A stretch of DNA of 64,000 bases from Dehalococcoidia bacterium. Its GTDB lineage: Bacteria; Chloroflexota; Dehalococcoidia; Lucifugimonadales; VXLM01. The translations under genes were made by a program, and so were the position numbers. Numbering within the stretch: the stretch's first letter is position 1; every line of letters starts with the position of its first letter. This document shows, piece after piece, positions 57,248-64,000 of this stretch. Location: contig OY759598.1 in assembly GCA_963662435.1 (NCBI GenBank), forward strand, positions 124,001 through 188,000, given 5' to 3'. A model generated the notes under the pieces. The model had not been told where the DNA came from, made no database searches, and saw nothing but the letters and a program-made list of their open reading frames with translations.

Positions 57248-58084
57248 ATGAACGGAGGCACCACAATGGCGAAGGTGAGAGAGTATCTGCAGGTTCCATT
57301 GGATTGTCTTGAGATTGGGAAGGGACAAGCTAGGACTCGTGAGGTAGCTGTGGGCATCCCGGAGCTAGCTGACAGCATAAGGCAGGTTGGCTTACTGGAA
57401 CCCATTGTGGTGTGCGAGAGCACGCAAACGGGCAAGTACGAAATCCTTACTGGACAACGACGTTTCTTGGCTCACAGAGAGTTGGGGCTTGACACTATCT
57501 GGGCAGCGGTCCTCGACAGCAGAGTCAATGAGATTACGGCAAAGGTGATCTCAGTCACCGAAAATCTGGTTCGGCGCGACCTCAATCGACGCGATCTCAT
57601 TGATGCTTGCACATACCTCTATAGGCAGTACGGTAGCGCCAGGGCGGTAGCTGATGAAACAGGACTTCCATACCCGGAGGTCTTGAACTATGTGAAGTAT
57701 GACCGGCTCCGCCCTGAACTGCGCGAGCTATACGATCAAGGCGAGCTTGAATTGACCACGGCTCTCCGGGCACAGGATGCGGCCGAGGTTATGGGCGGGG
57801 ACGTTGCTACAACGGCGATTGCCCTGGCCAACGAGATGAAACCCATGACTCATGCCCAGCAAAGAAAGCTTGCAGCTGGGGTGAAGACATCTCCTGGCAA
57901 ACCGCTAGACGAGACTATAGAGGAAGCAAAGACGGGTGCGCGGATCATCCAGGTAGTTGTGACAATGGGAATCGAATTGCACCAACGCCTTCAACAATTC
58001 GCTCAAGACGAGCATGCATCACAGGATGAAGCTGCCGTCACTCTGATTGAAGAAGGGCTCGATCGGAAAGGGTACGGAGGATAG
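57248..58084 (+). CDS. ParB/Srx-fold protein with HTH and a C-terminal RHH-like segment
   Basis: LADSIRQVGLLEPIVV, TGQRR, ENLVRRDL. Confidence 0.8.
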   Translation: MNGGTTMAKVREYLQVPLDCLEIGKGQARTREVAVGIPELADSIRQVGLLEPIVVCESTQTGKYEILTGQRRFLAHRELGLDTIWAAVLDSRVNEITAKVISVTENLVRRDLNRRDLIDACTYLYRQYGSARAVADETGLPYPEVLNYVKYDRLRPELRELYDQGELELTTALRAQDAAEVMGGDVATTAIALANEMKPMTHAQQRKLAAGVKTSPGKPLDETIEEAKTGARIIQVVVTMGIELHQRLQQFAQDEHASQDEAAVTLIEEGLDRKGYGG

Positions 58085-58087
58085 GCC

Positions 58088-58798
58088 ATGGTCCAGGAGC
58101 TTTCTCCTGAATCCCAGCGAGACCTGATTCTCTCGCTTGGCACGCACCGAACCCGCAGACGATTGTCTCCTGTTGAAGTTGCACGTCTGATTGACGAGGT
58201 CTACCGCAAAGGGGCCTCCTTTCAGGAGATTGCTCAGCTGGTCAACTTTGGAAGCACGAGCACGCTCAGAGAAATCCATCGTCTCTTAGCCCTCTCTCCT
58301 GACATTCAACATCTTGTGGGATGGGGCAAGCCTACTGATTCTACATTGCCGATGAAGTCGGCGCAGCAGATAGCAAGGCTATCCTTGTCGTCAGACCAAT
58401 TGGCCGCCACTGAAGCCACTCTCCTCCACAAACTGACGTCCGAAGAAACCCGACAATTGGTTGAAATGAAGATACGTTCTCTGGAACCCATCGACGATTG
58501 CGTCCATGCTGTCTTGCGGCTTCGGCCCACAGTCGAACGCAGGCATCTGTTTCTCGGAGCGGTGACGTCCAGTAGAGTGTGCCAGCATCTAGAGACCTTG
58601 ACACAAATTGAACGCGACGAACTTTTCGAGGCGGCTGTCAATCATTGCTTTGGCAAATGGCCACATTGGTCAGGAAAGCTCGGGCCTTCGCGGTTCGCTA
58701 TCACGGGAGGCCCTGACTTTGCCGAAGCAATTGACAAACTGCCAAAGGGTTTCGAGCAGGCGATTTCCCTATGCATGGAAGGATTCTTGGAGCTGTAG
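58088..58798 (+). CDS. Hypothetical protein resembling the ParB HTH region
   Basis: LSPVEVARLI..ASFQEIAQLV..LLALSPDIQHLV. Confidence 0.55.
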   Translation: MVQELSPESQRDLILSLGTHRTRRRLSPVEVARLIDEVYRKGASFQEIAQLVNFGSTSTLREIHRLLALSPDIQHLVGWGKPTDSTLPMKSAQQIARLSLSSDQLAATEATLLHKLTSEETRQLVEMKIRSLEPIDDCVHAVLRLRPTVERRHLFLGAVTSSRVCQHLETLTQIERDELFEAAVNHCFGKWPHWSGKLGPSRFAITGGPDFAEAIDKLPKGFEQAISLCMEGFLEL

Positions 58799-58800
58799 AG

Positions 58801-59826
58801 ATGCAGTTTCTCGCGGACGTATCGCCGAACGGTGGTGTAGTGCTGGGAGGTATGGTCGTCTGTGACGGCTTTTTTGCCAACGCAGCCGTAAGGGTACAGA
58901 CACACATTCATGCCGACCACATGACCGACTTCGAATCGAGTAAGGGCTACCACACGATCCTTATGAGTGAACCGACCAAGGAATTGCTGGTTGTGGAGTT
59001 GAACGCGGAACTCGCCTATAGGTCCAACGTGATTGCGATCCCTACCGGGCAGCCGTATGAGGTGGAGGAATTTCGAATAGACCTGTTGCCCAGCGGTCAT
59101 ATGTTAGGTTCAACGCAAGTGGGTGTTACCTTAAATGATGGGGCCAGGGTTGCTTATTCCGGGGATTTCAACTGGCCTCTGCACGATGTAGTGAAGACGG
59201 ACGTGCTGGTGGTAGACAGCACCTACGGAAGTCCACTCCGTGGGAGACGATACTCCCAGTCAGAAGTAGATGAACGTCTGATCGAGCTTGTTCTTCGACA
59301 GCTAAGACAAGGTGCAGTTCACGTTAAAGCTCATAGGGGGACGTTGGAACGTGCACTCGAAATCCTGGACGGAGCCATTCAAGTGCCCGTGATTGCCACC
59401 CAGAAATTGTGCAAAGAGGTTGACGTCTACAGGAGATTCGGCTATCAGATTGAGCCCCTCTTAGACATCAGCTCCGATGATGCGCAGCATCACATGGCTG
59501 AAGGACAGTACCTTCGACTATATGGCGTAGGAGAGGGAGACCTCTTTGGTATTGAAGATGGAACGGCGATCAATCTCAGTGCTTATATGGCCAGTAGTAC
59601 AGATCCAGTGCTAGAGTTCTCTCCGAGAGCCTTCAGAGTCGCGATGACTTGCCACGCGGATTTTGAAGGAACGTTGCGATACATAGAGGCGACGGGTGCC
59701 AAGCACGTCATTACAGACAACTATCGCGGAGGCCATGCAGTTGAGCTAGCCAAGGCGGTACGATCCGAACTTGGTATTGATGCAGCGCCATCACAATTGC
59801 GCCCTAGCAGATACTGGGGAGAGTGA
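58801..59826 (+). CDS. Metallo-beta-lactamase/beta-CASP-type nuclease
   Basis: THIHADH, GHMLGS, YSGDF, DSTYG, CHAD. Confidence 0.8.
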   Translation: MQFLADVSPNGGVVLGGMVVCDGFFANAAVRVQTHIHADHMTDFESSKGYHTILMSEPTKELLVVELNAELAYRSNVIAIPTGQPYEVEEFRIDLLPSGHMLGSTQVGVTLNDGARVAYSGDFNWPLHDVVKTDVLVVDSTYGSPLRGRRYSQSEVDERLIELVLRQLRQGAVHVKAHRGTLERALEILDGAIQVPVIATQKLCKEVDVYRRFGYQIEPLLDISSDDAQHHMAEGQYLRLYGVGEGDLFGIEDGTAINLSAYMASSTDPVLEFSPRAFRVAMTCHADFEGTLRYIEATGAKHVITDNYRGGHAVELAKAVRSELGIDAAPSQLRPSRYWGE

Positions 59827-59976
59827 AGTCGTAAGGTCAAGCCGCAAGGAATTGGAATCAGCGGAAGCATACGAGGGCTGCAGTGATCGACTGGAGAACG
59901 AAAGAGCCTTCAGCAAACTGTGACCCACCCTGCGGGCTGCATTGAAGGGACGACCATTCAACTCATCTGAGAGGCC

Positions 59977-60228
59977 TTAACTCTTTACAGAGGTGCTGTG
60001 CCAAGGCTTCAGGCCGCCAAGCCAAATGTCGAACTTGGTGCCCGGGCACAGGGTTTGCAAGCGTTCCTCCGCAGCGAGCACGCTGTCAGCGATGGCGTAG
60101 GGGTCTACGTCGATGGCGACGAACTCGCCATGATGGTCCGCCTCGACAAGATGGCGGATGCCTCTGTCGCATATCTCGTCCCTGAGGCGGCCCGTCTCCT
60201 CGAAGGGACTAAACATTGGCGTCGTCAT
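59977..60228 (-). CDS. Small hypothetical protein, possibly decayed
   Basis: 83 aa, HHGEFVAIDVD motif. Confidence 0.4.
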   Translation of the reverse strand: MTTPMFSPFEETGRLRDEICDRGIRHLVEADHHGEFVAIDVDPYAIADSVLAAEERLQTLCPGTKFDIWLGGLKPWHSTSVKS

Positions 60229-60304
60229 CTATCGGCTACCACGTGTGGACACTGACCAGGCTCCGAAGAGAGACGAACTCGCCCTGGAGATGGCGGTGCC
60301 GGGG

Positions 60305-60415
60305 ATCACAGGCCCCCAAGCCATAGTTCGAAAACGGTTCTGTCTACCGTACACGTTGGTGGGCCTGAGTTGACGGTAGACAGAACCATCTTTGAGTTGT
60401 GGATGGGCTTGTGAT
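60305..60415. repeat. Long imperfect palindrome with a perfect 15-bp inner inverted repeat
   Basis: GGTTCTGTCTACCGT (60336-60350) / ACGGTAGACAGAACC (60373-60387); outer ATCACAgGCCC / GGGCtTGTGAT. Confidence 0.65.
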
Positions 60416-60426
60416 TCTACCCACGT

Positions 60427-60645
60427 TCACTCGAACAACTCCCTGGGAAGCCCCGATTGCCGGATGATCGACATCAGCGTTCCCGTGCGGAGTTCCCTGT
60501 GATCCGGTACTGGTACGGTCGTCGTGTCTCCGTTTCCAACCCTTTGCATCAGTATGTGGCTTCCTCTTCGGCGTACCTCAGAGAACCCCTGTGCCGCAAG
60601 TATCGCACAAGCCTCTCTACCCGATAACACTCGGAGCTTAGCCAA
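60427..60645 (-). CDS. hicA: HicA toxin
   Basis: GFSEVRRRGSHILM..VPVPDHRELRTGTLMSIIRQSGL. Confidence 0.9.
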   Translation of the reverse strand: MAKLRVLSGREACAILAAQGFSEVRRRGSHILMQRVGNGDTTTVPVPDHRELRTGTLMSIIRQSGLPRELFE

Positions 60646-60880
60646 CCGCCACCTCGACGTGCGTCACATAAATTTCATCGTGAATCCGACGCTGGACTTC
60701 TTCGGCAGATGCCGCCTCATAAAAGAGTTCAAGTGCCTCCTTCAGATTGGCACGAGCTTCTGCCACGCTTGCGCCTTGACTAGCAATATCCAATTCGGGA
60801 CATAGCGCAACGTAGGACTCGCCTTCCCGCTCAATGATCGCGGTCATCTGTCTCATCATCTCCGACCTCCTGTTTGTCAT
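60638..60880 (-). CDS. hicB: HicB antitoxin (short form)
   Basis: AIIEREGESYVALCPELDIASQGASVAEARANLKEALEL. Confidence 0.88.
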   Translation of the reverse strand: MTNRRSEMMRQMTAIIEREGESYVALCPELDIASQGASVAEARANLKEALELFYEAASAEEVQRRIHDEIYVTHVEVAVG

Positions 60881-60947
60881 CTCGTATTCCTCCGCTCCCT
60901 ACTTTTCTAACTGGTAGTGCTCATCAACGCACCATAGCACCTTCTCC

Positions 60948-61497
60948 TTATGCGTACTCCGTCAACCGAGCCAGCAGGTACTCTTGGGGTCTGTTTCCCT
61001 TTATCCGGTTGCAATTCGGGCAGAGCAACTGCAAATTCTCTAGGTGCTCAGTTCCACCCCTGGACTGCGGGATTACATGGTCACCCTCGAGGATCTTGAA
61101 GGGAAAGTCCACCTTGCAGCCCACACACAATCCCTCCTGCTGACCAAAGAGGACGTGTTTATTCTGCCGGTAGGGAACCGGAGTTTCTATATCGGTCCGC
61201 CGGGGAATGTCGGTGCGGGCGGTGACGTACCCGTGGTGGAAGAGGGAGCCTATCCCCAAGGGAGGGGCCTGCCGCAGCCGCTGGTTCACTAACTCAATGG
61301 CCTTCGGCGAGAGGTCTATCCCTACCCAGCGGCGGCCCAGCCTGTCTGCGGCAACGCAGGCTGTAGCACAGCCGCAGAACGGGTCAAGCACAAGGTCGCC
61401 TTCATTGGAGCTGGCGTTGATGGTGCGTTCCAAGAGGGCTAAGGGCTTCTGCGTTGGGTAGCCCGTGCGCTCCTGCGACGCTGCCTGAATAGGTCTA
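60948..61497 (-). pseudogene. 5'-truncated DNA methyltransferase-HNH endonuclease fusion
   Basis: YPTQKPLALLER..VLDPFCGCAT then CVGC..DHVIPQSRGG..NLQLLCPNCNRIKG; the DPPF-containing N-half is missing. Confidence 0.75.
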
Positions 61498-61532
61498 AAC
61501 CTGCATAACTTGTTCTCCATTCGCTTCTCCAT

Positions 61533-61702
61533 CTAGACAGGCTTCCTGGTTCGCTTCCCGCCCGTTTCTTCCTCGTAGCGCTAGGTTTCTTCAGGCTTCG
61601 CCTTTAGCACTACCTCGGCTATCACTTCCGGTGATGCGTCTATCCGCTCCTTCATCTCGTACTTGGACGGACGGCCCTGCGCTTATTCTTCTCTTTGCTC
61701 AT
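61533..61702 (-). pseudogene. Decayed small basic protein gene
   Basis: MSKEKNK..GRPSKYEMKERIDASPEVIAEVVLKAKP with a frameshift and a stop. Confidence 0.3.
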
Positions 61703-61765
61703 CGTACAATCCCTTTCCACCGAGCCAGTAGATACTCCTGTGGCCTGTCGACGTGAAAGATTCTA

Positions 61766-62455
61766 TTAGCCGTTGTACAGTGGCCAATTGGCCTGCCACC
61801 AAAAGACAATCGCAATTGCGATCCACATAGACGCGTATACGAAGGGCATTATGTAGGCGTGGTGTGGAACGATATAGGTATTTGCCTCATCCGCCATGTG
61901 ACTGTGAAGTTGGTGCCAGCTATTCAGCCTTTTCTTTGATATGAACCACGTGACTACACTAAGTAATAGCAGCAGCAATGAACCGACTCCGAATGGCTGT
62001 GGAAGAGCGATAGCCAAAGGAATGAAACTCAAGGCACTAAGCGGCCAGACCAAACCAAACAAGAGTACGTAAGCGCCGCGGATCACAGAGTTTGGCAAGG
62101 TTTTATTGTGCATCCGCGCAACCAGGTAAATCCACGGCCCTAGAAAGAGAACCGAGTAAATTGCGCCAACTAGAGCATACCTCCAAACGTCCAGTCCTTT
62201 CGCGTGGGCTACCCGCGCACAGATCAGTGCGGCGAATGGTGCCCAAGCCACTCCAACTACAAGAGCCAATCCTACGAACAGGACAGGAAAGATGAAGGTA
62301 ATAAGGATTCCTGCCCCAAGATATGCTACCTCATTGCCTGCAAGCCCAAACCAATTAGGTAACACCACACCTACAAAAACTACTACAGCCGGTACTAGAG
62401 CCACCGCGATGCATCCCAGACCCGGCCTACAACCGGACTTCTTATCTATATGCAA
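61766..62455 (-). CDS. Polytopic membrane hypothetical protein
   Basis: Six or more hydrophobic segments; lower GC. Confidence 0.65.
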   Translation of the reverse strand: MHIDKKSGCRPGLGCIAVALVPAVVVFVGVVLPNWFGLAGNEVAYLGAGILITFIFPVLFVGLALVVGVAWAPFAALICARVAHAKGLDVWRYALVGAIYSVLFLGPWIYLVARMHNKTLPNSVIRGAYVLLFGLVWPLSALSFIPLAIALPQPFGVGSLLLLLLSVVTWFISKKRLNSWHQLHSHMADEANTYIVPHHAYIMPFVYASMWIAIAIVFWWQANWPLYNG

Positions 62456-62460
62456 GTCTC

Positions 62461-62844
62461 CTACTCTGTACTAATGAACTCGGGCTTTATATTCGAGAAG
62501 TTAAAGTCATAGTGTGTCTTGTCTGAGAACCAGCGTAAGTTGTTTGGTTTGGCGACCACGTCGAATATTGCTCTCGACTTAGTTGCCTCACAACCGTCTG
62601 GCAGCTTTTGGATCTCAAATCTAGCAAACGACCGGGCACCTATGTGCCACACTTCTATAGGATCATGTAGCATTCGACTTACCTGTCGAGCTGTGTAAGC
62701 GCAATTCGGCTCAAAAAGCACGCCTAGTCCAACAAGATATTCATTAATGGTTATACCTTGTTTACAGCCATCTTTGATTTCCAAACTCGCAATAAAACTC
62801 CATCCAACATTTGATTCTTGTTGTGTGATCGTGATGTCTTTCAA
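62461..62844 (-). CDS. Hypothetical protein
   Basis: 127-aa ORF 5 bp upstream of the membrane protein gene. Confidence 0.45.
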   Translation of the reverse strand: MKDITITQQESNVGWSFIASLEIKDGCKQGITINEYLVGLGVLFEPNCAYTARQVSRMLHDPIEVWHIGARSFARFEIQKLPDGCEATKSRAIFDVVAKPNNLRWFSDKTHYDFNFSNIKPEFISTE

Positions 62845-63091
62845 TCGAAATTCCTCACACTGGGCTGTGTCAACCTACAAGATAGTGGAATCACATACGA
62901 GCCGAAATGGGAACGGGACTTCCCTCTGCTACTCTTGGCCTACAGTTGGCGTAACCACCACGGGGCGAAGGTTTCTGATCCTGTCCAGCTAGGTGAGGAT
63001 ATAGGGTACTAACGCGAGTCACCCTATACCCATTTCCTGTGCTTGTCGAATTGATGTAATGGGTGATACAAAGGGGAATTATAAAGTAACG

Positions 63092-63120
63092 TTGACAAAG
63101 GCGGGTGTTTGAACTAGACT
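63092..63120 (+). promoter_or_regulatory. Sigma70 promoter, probably leaderless transcript
   Basis: TTGACA-17 bp-TAGACT; ATG 7 nt downstream of the -10, no RBS. Confidence 0.6.
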
Positions 63121-63127
63121 CTAGTGC

Positions 63128-64000
63128 ATGGACGCGAACTACGTCAACCGCACCATTTGGACGCGGGATTGCCTCGATATCCTACGGGGCATGAACAGCG
63201 AATGCGTAGACCTCATATACCTCGACCCGCCCTTCAACTCAAATGCCAACTACGCCGCTCCCATAGGCTCTCAGGCCGCAGGCGCCGCCTTCAAGGACAC
63301 GTGGTCCCTCTCGGACGTTGACGCCGAATGGGTGAACCTCATAGAGGCCAAGTACCCCGCGCTCCAGCGCGTCCTACTGGCCGCCATGTCCGACAGCGAC
63401 AAGTCCTATCTCGTCTACATGGCGGCGCGACTCTTGGAAATGCGGCGTGTCCTCAAGCCTACAGGGAGCATCTATCTCCATTGCGACCCCACCATGAGCC
63501 ACTACCTCAAGCTACTCATGGACGCCGTGTTCGGACGCCGGAGCTTCAGGAATGAGATTATCTGGGCATACCGAGGGGGGGGGTTCCCCGATACGACTTT
63601 GCCCGCAAGCACGATGTCATACTCCGGTACTCACCTTCCCGAACGCCGACTTTCAATGTCGATGACGTACGGATTCCGTACTCGGATGATTCCAACGAGC
63701 GACTGCGTTACAAGGCAAGGTCGTTTCGCGGTGATAGAACCTACGATGCATATGAGCAAAACCCGCTAGGCAAGCATCCCGAAGACTGGTGGACGATGCA
63801 AGCCATAATGCCCTCTTCGGGTGAACGTATCGGCTACCCGACGCAGAAGCCGCTCGCCTTGTTGGAGCGCATCATCAAGGCGTCGTCGAACGAGGGCGGC
63901 ATGGTGCTTGATCCGTTCTGTGGTTGCGCTACGACATGCGTCGCGGCTGACAGACTGGAGCGGCAATGGGCCGGTATCGACCTCTCCCCTATCGCCGGTG
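63128..64000 (+). pseudogene. Beta-class N6/N4 DNA methyltransferase, frameshifted at a G9 tract, runs off the right edge
   Basis: YLDPPFNS, YLHCD, FRNEIIW; after the G run another frame gives ARKHDVILRY..YPTQKPLALLERII..VLDPFCGCAT. Confidence 0.8.

Noticed and set aside
57248..58084. Plasmid partition system or the PRTRC ParB
   Set aside because: No ParA nearby; it lies 27 kb from the PRTRC operon in the lower-GC island.
59905..59950. Lone CRISPR-repeat-like sequence ending ATTGAAG
   Set aside because: Single copy, no array.
60305..60415. Integron attC site
   Set aside because: Could not identify RYYYAAC/GTTRRRY core boxes, and no integron integrase is present.
1..64000. tRNA/rRNA genes, reverse transcriptase or intact transposase
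   Set aside because: None recognised by eye; a covariance-model scan would be needed to exclude small RNAs.

Overview
The window has three blocks. (1) ~0.6-32.8 kb is the GC-rich backbone of a conjugative element (ICE or plasmid; no ends visible). It has a toxin-antitoxin pair and a minus-strand transfer operon (Replic_Relax-type relaxase, VirD4, VirB4, two pilins, PrgI, VirB6). A divergent plus-strand 'leading region' encodes primase, a Rad52-family annealing protein, a Cas4-like exonuclease, SSB, RadC, a DUF6094-type methyltransferase plus helicase, and a PRTRC ubiquitin-like operon. (2) ~33-42 kb holds a 2087-aa repeat-rich surface protein next to a Cre-like tyrosine recombinase. The recombinase gene lies between two inverted 34-bp loxP-like sites (13+8+13, identical spacers), together with an outward-facing promoter, and is followed by a catalytically defective paralogue. 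This looks like a self-inverting phase-variation switch for the adhesin and is the most striking signal. (3) ~42.5-64 kb is a lower-GC defence island. It has a CdnE-like CD-NTase next to a DUF6615-like nuclease, and an SspABCD-like phosphorothioation cluster lacking SspE/SspFGH but interrupted by a GHKL-histidine kinase/receiver pair. It continues with an SNF2-ParB-HTH-beta-CASP block, HicAB and decayed or frameshifted DNA methyltransferases. A 597-bp transposase-less insertion cassette with an 8-bp target duplication is also present. All family calls come from motif recognition by eye, not database searches. The adhesin repeat style suggests a Chloroflexota/Actinomycetota-like host, but this is weak inference.
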